Below are positions 7,422 to 18,614 of a stretch of DNA of 32,000 nt, piece by piece. A program made the position numbers and the translations under genes. The DNA is taken from the NCBI GenBank assembly GCA_964640155.1, contig CAZXEQ010000009.1:1-32000 (forward strand). Reading direction: 5' to 3'. This DNA is from an uncultured bacterium (GTDB lineage Bacteria > Auribacterota > JACPWU01). Each line of letters opens with the position of its first letter. Position 1 is the first letter of the stretch. The notes below the pieces were generated by a model, which was not told where the DNA came from, did no database searches, and worked only from the letters and a program-made list of their open reading frames with translations.

Positions 7422-8492
7422 ATGCTTAATACAAAAGAAATATCTCAAAAAATTAAGAATAAAGCTAAAGACTTAGGATTTGATCTTGTTGGAATCACAA
7501 GAGCCGCACCTGCCTCTCACTTCCCCCTTTTTACTTCCTGGCTTGAAAAAGGATATGCAGGTCAAATGTCCTATTTGGAAAGAGGGACCGAAAAAAGAAA
7601 AGATCCAGATCTTATTTTAAAAGGCGTGAAGTCTATTATTTCATGCGCTATCAATTACTATACTGAAACACCTCCTGAACAAAATGAAAAGAGTCATGGG
7701 AAAATTGCAAGTTATGCTTGGGGTAAGGACTATCATAAAATTGTTTTAGAAAAGTTAGAAGCTTTAGAAAAATTTATTCTCACTGAAATCAATCCTCAAG
7801 CACAAAACAAATCTTATGTTGATACAGGAGCTATTCTTGAAAAGAATTATGCGCAAGAAGCTGGGCTCGGATGGATTGGCAAAAACACGTGTTTGATTCA
7901 TCCCAAGATTGGATCTTGGCTTTTTATTGGGGAAGTTTTGACAGATTTAGAACTCGCTTATGATACACCCTTTGCAACTGATCATTGTGGAACTTGCACC
8001 CGATGCTTAGATGCTTGTCCCACTCAAGCCTTCACGGCCCCACGAATTTTAGACGCAAGAAGCTGTATCAGTTATCTTACAATTGAACATCGTGGAGAAA
8101 TCCCTTTAGAAAAAAGAGAGATGATGGGAAGTCATATCTCGGGTTGTGATATTTGTCAGGATGTGTGCCCTTATAATCATCAACCTATTCCAACTACTAT
8201 CAAAGACTTCTACCCCAAAACTGAATTTCAAGAAAACGGATCTGGAAATATTTCTTTAGAGAAAATCTCAAAAATTACACCTGAAGAATTCCAGAAACTT
8301 TTTTTTGACAGCCCCATCAAACGGCTTAAATATGAAGGCTTGATGCGAAATGCCATCATCGCTATGGGAAATTCTGGAAACCCTTCCTTTGTTGAAACAC
8401 TAAAAATCATGAAATCAAAAATTCAAAATCCAATGTTGGAAGAGCATATGGAGTGGGCTCAAGTAAAGTTAGCTTCAAAGGGAAAAGAATAA
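7422..8492 (+). CDS. queG: epoxyqueuosine reductase
   Basis: Ferredoxin-type motifs CGTCTRCLDACP and CDICQDVCPYN, a QueG-type N-terminal domain and a HEAT-like C-terminus. Comparison with known QueG N-termini favours ATG 7422. Alternatives are ATG 7392 and TTG 7371. Confidence 0.88.
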   Translation: MLNTKEISQKIKNKAKDLGFDLVGITRAAPASHFPLFTSWLEKGYAGQMSYLERGTEKRKDPDLILKGVKSIISCAINYYTETPPEQNEKSHGKIASYAWGKDYHKIVLEKLEALEKFILTEINPQAQNKSYVDTGAILEKNYAQEAGLGWIGKNTCLIHPKIGSWLFIGEVLTDLELAYDTPFATDHCGTCTRCLDACPTQAFTAPRILDARSCISYLTIEHRGEIPLEKREMMGSHISGCDICQDVCPYNHQPIPTTIKDFYPKTEFQENGSGNISLEKISKITPEEFQKLFFDSPIKRLKYEGLMRNAIIAMGNSGNPSFVETLKIMKSKIQNPMLEEHMEWAQVKLASKGKE

Positions 8493-8547
8493 AAATTTTA
8501 AATTATACATTGCCTTATATACTTCTATTCTTGTAGATTAGCTAAAT

Positions 8548-8943
8548 ATGAAACCTCAAAATAAAAACACCAAAAAATATACCATTCACATCGAAACCCT
8601 CTTTGAGTCAGCTCACAATTTAAGAGAGTATCATGGAGTACCTGAACCCCTTCATGGACACACATGGAAGGCAGAAGTCTTTGCCGAGAGATGTGGATTA
8701 GATCATGAAGATATGGCCATCGATTTTTTAGAATTAAGATCTGCCTTAGATACGCTTATCAAACCTTTTGAACACAAGTACATCAACGACATTGCCCCTT
8801 TTGACAAGATTAATCCCTCTACTGAAAATATTGCCACTTGGATTTTCGAAGAATTAAAAAAGAAATTTGAAGGGCATCCTGCTCAAATTAAAAGAGTAAG
8901 AATTTGGGAAGGGCCTCAGTATTCAGCAAGTGTGGAAGATTAA
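8548..8943 (+). CDS. queD: 6-carboxy-5,6,7,8-tetrahydropterin synthase
   Basis: 131 aa with a PTPS/QueD fold signature: ESAHNL ... LHGHTWKAEV. Confidence 0.88.
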   Translation: MKPQNKNTKKYTIHIETLFESAHNLREYHGVPEPLHGHTWKAEVFAERCGLDHEDMAIDFLELRSALDTLIKPFEHKYINDIAPFDKINPSTENIATWIFEELKKKFEGHPAQIKRVRIWEGPQYSASVED

Positions 8944-8958
8944 AAAATTAATCGAAGT

Positions 8959-11000
<2,042 letters not shown>

Positions 11001-11001
11001 T

Positions 11002-11030
11002 GAATTATTCACACAATGTGTGAATAATTC
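11002..11030. repeat. 29-bp perfect palindrome overlapping the stop codon of the upstream membrane-protein gene
   Basis: GAATTATTCACACA-A-TGTGTGAATAATTC. Same length and same GAAT..ATTC ends as 10860..10888; centres are 142 nt apart. No U-tract follows on the minus strand. Confidence 0.9.
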
Positions 11031-11592
11031 AGGGTTTAGCAATTCCTGCAATAGCAAATCCAGCTAAAATCCATCCCATCACGAGATCTGCACACGTAAC
11101 CAATGTATATTTGATTTCAAAACCCCACCAATTCCAATAAGGAATATGCCCTACAATCGCTGCTGCCAAACCAAAAAGCGTGACAAACAAAACACGTTTA
11201 GAATAGGACAAACCTTTTGTTTGAAGTAAAAGCCATGCCACTAATAAAGAAGCAAGCACTTGAGTCAAAAATCCTATTCCCATTTGTGGCCCCATTCCTC
11301 CCTTACAACCTTTTTGATGAATAGAGGCAAAAATAAAAGGACCTTCTTTCATTTTTTCTTCCATGTTTTTTGTAGCGCCATCGGTTGTGGATTGTTCGTT
11401 GTTATTATGACAAAAAGGATACATATACATTCCATCTTTAGAGACATTATCCAAAACAACTTGTGTAACAGATGTTTCATTTCTAAAAGAATTAAGTGTC
11501 ATCATATGCCATGGTAATACCATCCAGGATAAAGAACCCCAAGCAAAAATAATAACGGCACCCGCAATTGCACTAAAGATCAATTTTTTCAT
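11029..11592 (-). CDS. hypothetical integral membrane protein
   Basis: 187 aa with an N-terminal hydrophobic segment and several C-terminal TM helices. It overlaps the upstream gene by 4 nt. I recognise no family. Confidence 0.6.
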   Translation of the reverse strand: MKKLIFSAIAGAVIIFAWGSLSWMVLPWHMMTLNSFRNETSVTQVVLDNVSKDGMYMYPFCHNNNEQSTTDGATKNMEEKMKEGPFIFASIHQKGCKGGMGPQMGIGFLTQVLASLLVAWLLLQTKGLSYSKRVLFVTLFGLAAAIVGHIPYWNWWGFEIKYTLVTCADLVMGWILAGFAIAGIAKP

Positions 11593-11945
11593 ATTGTATT
11601 TCCCCCATGTTTATCTGTCTTGTTACACTCACAAGCTCCTTTCCCTTCACTACATCCTCCATCTTTTGAAAAAGCATTGGTCAATTCAAAAATACCACCT
11701 TCTTCATCTTGAATAAAATCTACATTTAATCCTACGACATACTTTAAAGACTGAGGATCAATGTAGAGAGAAAAGTTTTCATAATTCAGAACAAGATCTT
11801 CCTGAGTTGCTTGATCAATACCTAAAACGTATTTTCCATTTTCAAGAAAAATACGCAAACCCTTTCCCTCTTCTTGTAACAAACATTCTTTAATTTTAGA
11901 AACAGCGGCTTCACTAAAGTTAACCCTATCGAGCGTACGCTGCAT
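11589..11945 (-). CDS. HesB/IscA-like protein with a Cys-rich C-terminal tail
   Basis: An IscA-like pattern is readable: FSEAAVSKIKE .. LRIF .. YIDPQSLKYVVGLNVDF .. GGIFELTN. The internal GGGCxG cysteine is missing, and three Cys sit in the tail GGCSEGKGACEC. ATG 11945 is preferred over the track TTG at 11966. It overlaps the ahbAB stop by 20 nt. Confidence 0.55.
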   Translation of the reverse strand: MQRTLDRVNFSEAAVSKIKECLLQEEGKGLRIFLENGKYVLGIDQATQEDLVLNYENFSLYIDPQSLKYVVGLNVDFIQDEEGGIFELTNAFSKDGGCSEGKGACECNKTDKHGGNTI

Positions 11946-12960
11946 ATTTTTCTTCCCATTCTTCAAAATCAGGCGAGAAATATCTCACACGCGTTTTCTT
12001 ATATTCAGTTGAGCTATAAAGTGCTTTATATTCGTGAAGACCTGTGTCTTGAGAAATGGCTTCCAAAATTTTTTCGCATTCTTCTTCTGTCTTCCCATGA
12101 ACCATGGAGAAAAGTGGATATGGCCAATCAGGATAAGTGGGTCGGCGATAACAATGAGAAACCGCTTTAAATTGCGCCATCTTTCTCCCAGCTTCATCAA
12201 CATCTCCAGAAGGAACAGACCAAACACCCATCGCATTAGCCATAAAACCTGCTCGACGATGATGAAGAATTGCAGCAAAGCGACGCATTTTACCTCTTCT
12301 GACTAAATCTTGAATAATGTGAAAAAGCATTTCTTGAGAAATTTCTAAATTCTGGGCAAGAGGCTTAAAAGGCTCTAGTGTCAGCTGTATATCTTCTTGA
12401 AGCTGACAGATGGCAGTAATATCGGAAGGAGAGAGAATTTCTTTGTTTATTTTTTCTTCATTGTAAACCCCATCTCCACTCTTTGCCAAATTGACTTCTG
12501 AAGTCATATCCAAGGTAACACCAATTTTATAAAGCTTAAGTGTGGGCATCAAACGAATAGATTCAGCCTTTGATAAAATCCCCATCAATTCTACAGTCTT
12601 TTCTAAACCCAAACGACTTTTAGGCGAAACGGCTACCGTAAACCAAAGATTAAACTCGTGATTGCGACGATAATTATGAGAAACCCCTGGATGTTCATTA
12701 ATCATTTTTGCTGTTTCAAGAATATGATCAGACGGTGCTTTTGCAGCAACCAAACTGGATTGATAACCCATGCTGCGGGTATCAAAAATCGCACTGATTT
12801 GACGAATGATATTGGCCTTCTTCATGACCTGAACTCTCTGAAGAGCTTCTTCTTCAGAAATTCCAAAAACATCTCCTAAAATTTTAAAAGGTCTTTCATG
12901 AAGAGGGAAATCTTCTTGAATTCTCGTCAATATTTGTTTATCGATTGCTGTTAATTCCAT
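11926..12960 (-). CDS. siroheme decarboxylase, fused AhbA/AhbB (NirD/NirL-like) modules
   Basis: Two tandem Lrp/AsnC-like modules of the NirD/AhbA type: ELTAIDKQILTRIQEDFPL..RPF and a second half, SPSDITAICQLQEDIQLTLEPF. ATG 12960 with an AAAGGG SD is preferred over the track TTG at 13008. Confidence 0.8.
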   Translation of the reverse strand: MELTAIDKQILTRIQEDFPLHERPFKILGDVFGISEEEALQRVQVMKKANIIRQISAIFDTRSMGYQSSLVAAKAPSDHILETAKMINEHPGVSHNYRRNHEFNLWFTVAVSPKSRLGLEKTVELMGILSKAESIRLMPTLKLYKIGVTLDMTSEVNLAKSGDGVYNEEKINKEILSPSDITAICQLQEDIQLTLEPFKPLAQNLEISQEMLFHIIQDLVRRGKMRRFAAILHHRRAGFMANAMGVWSVPSGDVDEAGRKMAQFKAVSHCYRRPTYPDWPYPLFSMVHGKTEEECEKILEAISQDTGLHEYKALYSSTEYKKTRVRYFSPDFEEWEEKYAAYAR

Positions 12961-13039
12961 TATTACCCTTTCAAGCAGCTGGAAATCAGATGCGTAAAAC
13001 TTTCTCAAAAAATAAGGATGGTTGTTCTATCTCGATTGA

Positions 13040-14083
13040 TCAACTCTTCAAGTCGTTCATTCTACGCAACGCTTCTAATTTCTTCAAGGGTTGTTTTGAA
13101 TAAAGAGATTCTCTGGATTTTTCGACTGCTTCTAGCCAATTTTTTGAGATTCCAGAGGTATAAATCAGAACAGCCGCATTCAAAATCACAAGATGGCTTA
13201 AATGATTTTGCTTTGCCTCTAAAAGATTTAACACAAATTCAGCATTCATCCCAGAGTTGATTGAATCAAACTCAAGCTCTTCAGTCCGTTCAAGGCCTAA
13301 TTCTTTGGGTTGAATTAATAAAGGATGTGTTTCATTCAAATCCAATTCAACAGCTTTGGTTGTTCTACTGATTCGACAGTCAATGGTACCTTCCACTCCC
13401 TGAACCACTAAGGCATGTGACATTTTTAGACTTTTTAATATCGCAGGAATTGTTTCTAAATAAGGACCATGATAAATAGAAATGATTTGATGAGGAGCAT
13501 TAAGAGGATTCCATAATTTTTCAATATGATTAAAAACCGTTCTCAGGCCCAATTCTTCACGGATTCTTTTAAGCTCAGCAACTCTTGGCGAGATATGCTC
13601 AATCGAAACAAATCCGACCCCTATTTCTTTTAATGCATTCTCTGTTTTTTCAAGTGTCCAATGAATCGGTAAACCCAAATCACGAAAAACATCTCTGACA
13701 CTAACACCATATTTAGGAGGAGTTTGAGATTGACCATGGAAAAGAATTTGCGCACCTGCTGCGGCAGCCACAAAAGCTGCAGCTGGACTAACATGAGGAT
13801 ATTTTACTTTCCCATCATAAGCATTACCACAATCAATCAGATGAGGAAGATCAACTTCAAGTTGATGGCAGTACTCACGAGTAACTTTTGTAAAAGCAGC
13901 AAGCTCCTCAACAGATTCTCCCTTCATTCTTAAAGGAACAAGAAGCGCTCCAATTTGAGCATCTGTTGCTTCTCCTTTTAAAAGGAGGCGAAAAGCTGCT
14001 TCTGCTTCTTCAACCGTTAAATCTCGCGAAAGTTTAGGCCCAGTTCCAACAGCCTTGATATATTTCCTAAATTCTAAATTCAT
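13040..14083 (-). CDS. TrpD2/YbiB-family protein (anthranilate phosphoribosyltransferase-like, PRPP motif degenerate)
   Basis: Glycosyltransferase family 3 fold. The N-terminus FRKYIKAVGTGPKLSRDLT..GALLVPLRMKGES parallels E. coli YbiB as I recall it. The TrpD GTGGD motif is replaced by CGNAYDG. The start is taken as ATG 14083 (MNLEFRKY). Confidence 0.7.
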   Translation of the reverse strand: MNLEFRKYIKAVGTGPKLSRDLTVEEAEAAFRLLLKGEATDAQIGALLVPLRMKGESVEELAAFTKVTREYCHQLEVDLPHLIDCGNAYDGKVKYPHVSPAAAFVAAAAGAQILFHGQSQTPPKYGVSVRDVFRDLGLPIHWTLEKTENALKEIGVGFVSIEHISPRVAELKRIREELGLRTVFNHIEKLWNPLNAPHQIISIYHGPYLETIPAILKSLKMSHALVVQGVEGTIDCRISRTTKAVELDLNETHPLLIQPKELGLERTEELEFDSINSGMNAEFVLNLLEAKQNHLSHLVILNAAVLIYTSGISKNWLEAVEKSRESLYSKQPLKKLEALRRMNDLKS

Positions 14084-14093
14084 GGGCGCTATT

Positions 14094-15020
14094 CTACGTC
14101 TGATAGGGCCCCAAATCAAGGATCATACATTTAACAGATCCCCCACCCTTTTCAAAAAACTCTGAAACATCGACTTCGATCGGGGTTACATCTCTTTCTT
14201 TAATCTGTTCTTTTAATTGCATACTCACACCTTTAGGCATGAGTAAAAACTTTCCGGTATTCGTTTCTGCATAAAATGAATTCGCCGCATAAGCAATTCC
14301 ATCTTCTGCGCTGAGTGAAATTAAATTATCATGAAAAGAGGTTTTCAGAAGACCCTGCCCTTTCTTTGAAATACCAGGTAGATACGCCAACAAAAATTTT
14401 AGCGCTGGACCAAAAGCACAAAGCGCTGTATCTCCGTGATAAAAACGTTCATCTATAAGTTCAATATCCAAAATTTGAAGATTCTTAAACTCTGAACATA
14501 ATACCTCTAGCATGTGTACATCTGTTCTAAATCCATAAACACGTTTGTAAGGTGGCAACCCCCATTTGAATTGATAACATTGACGAATAATTTTCCCATA
14601 AGTCATCATCCAATAAGGCCCTGCTGGAAAGAAATCAGCTTCTCCTTCAAAAGAAAAAGGTATTTCTCGAATTTGAAATCCTAAATTTTCAAGGAAAGGG
14701 CGATAATAATGTCCTTCTCCAGCGCGGCCAGGAATAAGTCGACTCATAAGAAAAAACTTTTCGCAAAAGGGTTTGTCGATTTCCCTATCTATGACAACAC
14801 CTGCATTGGCAGGAAAAACCATGCCTGGCCATTCTTTCTGGGGAGGAATTACAAAAACATGAAGCTCCAAATCTTCAAGCTGATCTTTGAATCGTTTCCA
14901 TTGAGCCAAAGCGCGTGATAAATCAACTCTCTTTCTAAATCCCCAACGATTGCGTGTATGAGGATTAGAGCCAGATTTAATTCGAAAGAAGGAAGGACAA
15001 CCTAAAGCAACGGCACGCAT
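14094..15020 (-). CDS. pentein/amidinotransferase-superfamily enzyme (DDAH / arginine-deiminase-like)
   Basis: 308 aa. The C-terminal GGGSVKCM carries the catalytic-Cys signature of guanidino-modifying pentein enzymes. Confidence 0.65.
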   Translation of the reverse strand: MRAVALGCPSFFRIKSGSNPHTRNRWGFRKRVDLSRALAQWKRFKDQLEDLELHVFVIPPQKEWPGMVFPANAGVVIDREIDKPFCEKFFLMSRLIPGRAGEGHYYRPFLENLGFQIREIPFSFEGEADFFPAGPYWMMTYGKIIRQCYQFKWGLPPYKRVYGFRTDVHMLEVLCSEFKNLQILDIELIDERFYHGDTALCAFGPALKFLLAYLPGISKKGQGLLKTSFHDNLISLSAEDGIAYAANSFYAETNTGKFLLMPKGVSMQLKEQIKERDVTPIEVDVSEFFEKGGGSVKCMILDLGPYQT

Positions 15021-15055
15021 CTTCGGTCTCCAGTCACCGGTTACCAGTCTCCAGT
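15021..15055. repeat. 7-nt tandem array in the AstA-like/pentein spacer
   Basis: CTTCGGT CTCCAGT CACCGGT TACCAGT CTCCAGT, five in-phase units starting directly after ATG 15020. Confidence 0.75.
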
Positions 15056-15079
15056 AAATCAGTGTCCTTACTTTGTAGC

Positions 15080-16099
15080 CTACCGGCTAGAAGTATAGTA
15101 CCAAACATGATCTCCCTTCTTTAGCAAAAGGAGTTCCACACTTTTCTGATCTAAATAAAAGCCCTTCTTTTCTGTCTTCGCATGCACAAGAGTAGCCCGA
15201 ATCTTGCCTTTTCTCTCAACTAAAGCAAGGCCTGTGGGCTTTTTATTTTCTGAACAAATTCCCGAAAAAACATAACTCTTTGTTTTCCGAATTAATGAAA
15301 TCTGATTCGTTCTCGCTCCATACAAAGGTCCCCCATCGAAGGGATCTACTTGATTTAAATATTTAAATCCTATTTTTTCTAAAAGAAGTTTGGCAGGCAC
15401 AGATTCAGTCCCCGGTTTTTCTAAAATAGCCTGAATTTTTTCTGGCAACAAACATGTATAAATCTTTTCTGACGGAAAAAGGGAAAGAATAAATTCTTTA
15501 TTAGAGGAACTTAAATGATCTGCATCATGATAAGAAAGACCCGTAAAATGTTTCCCTAAAAAATTCCAAAGAGGATTTTCTCCCTTTGCATCCAGATAAG
15601 CTAAAAGTTCAGCCAGGATTCTTTTCTGAAAACGCTGGGGATGGGCCTTCATATACATGAATCGAATATAGGAAAGGGCTTTCCCAATGCCTGTTCCTTT
15701 GCCACGAAAGTGAGGATCTACTACCAATCCACCTACTTCTGTTGCACCATCCTCGGTTGAACGAAGTTTGATATAACGATGCGTAACTTCTTTTTTTAAA
15801 GTTTTACTCTTCAGACAATCGACACCCACATCACAATAAATAAAAGGTTTTCCAGGCACCCCTCTTTTGGCAAGCACTTCAGAAGTTCCAACAATTTTTC
15901 CGGATTCCACATCTTCAGCCACAAAAACAAAACGCCCATCATGAGGATTTTTAAGAATGTTTTCGAAAGATTTTCTGGAGATTTCTATCACTTTGGAGAG
16001 AAGCTGGCGATCTTTGGGGAGATTATAAGTGTCCAAAATAGACGCCAAACGGAAGAAAGCATTAAGATCTTTTTTTTCTATGCTTCGGATGAGAAACAT
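15080..16099 (-). CDS. arginine N-succinyltransferase (AstA) family acyltransferase
   Basis: 339 aa. Colinear with the AstA family: MFLIRSIEKKDLNAFFRLAS, VDPHFRGKG, DPFDGGPLYG. Confidence 0.75.
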   Translation of the reverse strand: MFLIRSIEKKDLNAFFRLASILDTYNLPKDRQLLSKVIEISRKSFENILKNPHDGRFVFVAEDVESGKIVGTSEVLAKRGVPGKPFIYCDVGVDCLKSKTLKKEVTHRYIKLRSTEDGATEVGGLVVDPHFRGKGTGIGKALSYIRFMYMKAHPQRFQKRILAELLAYLDAKGENPLWNFLGKHFTGLSYHDADHLSSSNKEFILSLFPSEKIYTCLLPEKIQAILEKPGTESVPAKLLLEKIGFKYLNQVDPFDGGPLYGARTNQISLIRKTKSYVFSGICSENKKPTGLALVERKGKIRATLVHAKTEKKGFYLDQKSVELLLLKKGDHVWYYTSSR

Positions 16100-16253
16100 G
16101 GCTTTTCCCTCCCGCTCTTCGTATCTATTATATCAAGGATTACACTTCAGATCGAGGAAAGGATAGTAATCAGTGATTTAGATTTTGTATATAAACGTAT
16201 GCATATTTTATAGATGCGGGTGCCACTTAATTATCAAATTATCTCAAAAATTG

Positions 16254-16961
16254 CTAACTACTCATAATGAAAGGAAGTATTTCAGACAAGGTCTTTACCG
16301 TGTGGACGGGATGTCTTTTTTGACCCGAACGATCCACAAGTACAGCTTCAATGCCTAATTTTTGAGAACCTTTGACGTCATCTTTAAGACTATCTCCTAT
16401 GTGAATCGCTTCAGTGGGTTTAACTTTGGAAAGGCGTAAAGCTTCTTCAAAAATACCTGAATGAGGCTTTGAAGAACCGACAATACCTGAAGCAAGAATG
16501 AAATCAAAAGATTTTCGAATGCTTAAACCTTCACAAAGAGGAATCAGTCTTGCATCCCAATTCGATACAATTCCCAAAATAAATTCTCTTTCTTTAAGCT
16601 TTTGAATAACACTTTCAACCTCTGGAAAAAGCTTCCAATATTCTGGCCTGGCAAAAACGTCATAGAGTTCATTAAAAAATGAATCGAACTCACGAATGGG
16701 ATCATAATTAGAGAAAACATCTCTCACCAATTCATACCACCACACTTTTTCTTCTGGATGGACATCAGAATGAGGCAAATGATCACGGCGAAGCCACTCT
16801 TGTTTAAAACGTTCCTCCACTTCCTGAGGATTCAAAATACATCCATAAGGTCTCGCTATATTTGCATAGATTTCTCCAACAGAAGGATGAGGTGTAAAGA
16901 GTGTTCCTCCCGCATCAAAAAATATGGCTCTAAAACGAGATTTTTTATTCAATTTAAACAA
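16254..16961 (-). CDS. HAD-superfamily hydrolase
   Basis: Motif I FFDAGGTLF, IVSNW and GDSLKDD. The only in-frame start is TTG 16961. Confidence 0.8.
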   Translation of the reverse strand: MFKLNKKSRFRAIFFDAGGTLFTPHPSVGEIYANIARPYGCILNPQEVEERFKQEWLRRDHLPHSDVHPEEKVWWYELVRDVFSNYDPIREFDSFFNELYDVFARPEYWKLFPEVESVIQKLKEREFILGIVSNWDARLIPLCEGLSIRKSFDFILASGIVGSSKPHSGIFEEALRLSKVKPTEAIHIGDSLKDDVKGSQKLGIEAVLVDRSGQKRHPVHTVKTLSEILPFIMSS

Positions 16962-17099
16962 CCTTTATAAAATATTCACCCTTTTGAGAACAAAAAAATA
17001 TCTCAACGTTCATTTTATCATATTTTTAGAGAACTTAACGAAAGCTCTCTCTTTAAAAATTCTCCCTCTTCTTGAAGCGAATTGATATAATTACAAATT

Positions 17100-17507
17100 A
17101 TGGGTTATGAAGAGAAGCGTGGTTACGTACGTCGATACTTTGGAGCTGATGAACGCTATTTTATTGAACATAAAGTTCATGGAAAGTTTTTTCAAAGGCC
17201 CGAAGCTGCATTAACCATCAACTTAAGTGCCTCAGGTTTGCTTTTCCGCTCACCCAAAATCATTCCTGTTAATACCATTATTGATGTCAGCCTTTCCCTC
17301 CCCCACATTAAAAAACCTGTTCAATTAGTCGCTCGTGTCGTTCGTATGGAACCCACTCAGAGGCAAGGCATGTTTGACATTGCTATTTTTTATACGGAGA
17401 TTACAGATCAAAATCGAAGCATCATCGATCAATTCTGTATGGACAAAAAAGAGAGCTCAAAGAATTCTGAATCATCTATTCCTACTGAAGAAAAACCTCC
17501 CCTTTAG
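17100..17507 (+). CDS. PilZ-domain protein (putative c-di-GMP receptor)
   Basis: 135 aa. RGYVRR (RxxxR) and NLSASGL (D/NxSxxG) motifs at PilZ-like spacing. Confidence 0.7.
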   Translation: MGYEEKRGYVRRYFGADERYFIEHKVHGKFFQRPEAALTINLSASGLLFRSPKIIPVNTIIDVSLSLPHIKKPVQLVARVVRMEPTQRQGMFDIAIFYTEITDQNRSIIDQFCMDKKESSKNSESSIPTEEKPPL

Positions 17508-17523
17508 GATACCACTTTTGTTT

Positions 17524-18609
17524 TCAAGTAGAACAGCTCACTAAATCTTCTAACTTTTTTATGATTATTTCTTCTTGAACAATGTTAACAGCACTTACCA
17601 ATTGTTTAATAAGAAACCTCTGTATTGTATCAATTTGACCTAAAACCCTATCGTCTTTATCAAGGATTTCCCAAATATGACTAAAATCGACTTTTCCTTT
17701 TCCATGACGCCATAATATATAGTTTAAAATGATCTCTGCTTCTCTCAATCTTAAAGCAGCCTTTCGAAAGTCTAAATGATGTTCACATTCGTCAAGAAAT
17801 GCTGATAAATAAGCATTTGCAAGAGTAAGAAGATGCGAAAAAGCTGCCATTTCCCCTTCAAAATAAAAAGGGCCTCGAATTTGAACTCCTCCATAAGCAA
17901 GTAACTTCATAAAAGCCATGTCTGGACCTTTCCCTCTCAAAAAGTCAGACTCTTCTACCACTTGAACATCTAGAACCTTTTCTTCTCCCAAAACTTCATA
18001 TGCTAATCTCGCAGCAGAATGAAAAGGCCTTTTTTTAGTAACTATCATAAAATCTATATCTTCAGAAGCCTCCATTATTTTACGAATATAAGAAGGTTCT
18101 AATTTCAAACCAGCCCATAACCAACTGCCATATAAAAAAATGCCTTTGATATCACCTTCATCAATCCCAAAAGCATCCGCGATATCCGAAAGAACGAATC
18201 CCAATAAATCATCTGCCTCTTCAACTTTATTAAGAACATGTAATTGAAAAACGTCTCGATCCTCTGGTCTTAGTAAAATAAATCTCCAGGCTCTTTCATA
18301 AAAATTAAAGCAGCAGTGATATAGACTTTCTGGATAGGTTTTAGGAGAAGTTGTATTAAAACTTGGGAAACGTTTGGTTAGTATTGAAAAATTAGCCGAT
18401 TGAAAAACTTCTTCCAAAAGATCTTCAGAAAAACCCGTAAGTTTCGAAGCTTCTCGAGTATCTCTTTTTAATAATGCTTGGGCAGCTTTTCGAAAATTTC
18501 TTTCAAATTTTCTATTTTCTACTTTAGACCATGGAGCCAGAGCATACAGAGGGAAAGATAAAGAGAAAAAGAGAACTCCCATTAAAAGGTATCTTAAGAG
18601 AGATTTCAT
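17524..18609 (-). CDS. signal-peptide protein with a Pol-beta-type nucleotidyltransferase-like core
   Basis: N-terminal MKSLLRYLLMGVLFFSLSFPLYALA. Then LYGS .. EDIDFMIV .. LDVQVV, which reads as a GS-x(n)-DxD..D NTase pattern, followed by a helical C-terminal domain. It starts 5 nt downstream of the mqnC stop. Confidence 0.45.
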   Translation of the reverse strand: MKSLLRYLLMGVLFFSLSFPLYALAPWSKVENRKFERNFRKAAQALLKRDTREASKLTGFSEDLLEEVFQSANFSILTKRFPSFNTTSPKTYPESLYHCCFNFYERAWRFILLRPEDRDVFQLHVLNKVEEADDLLGFVLSDIADAFGIDEGDIKGIFLYGSWLWAGLKLEPSYIRKIMEASEDIDFMIVTKKRPFHSAARLAYEVLGEEKVLDVQVVEESDFLRGKGPDMAFMKLLAYGGVQIRGPFYFEGEMAAFSHLLTLANAYLSAFLDECEHHLDFRKAALRLREAEIILNYILWRHGKGKVDFSHIWEILDKDDRVLGQIDTIQRFLIKQLVSAVNIVQEEIIIKKLEDLVSCST

Positions 18610-18614
18610 GCCTA

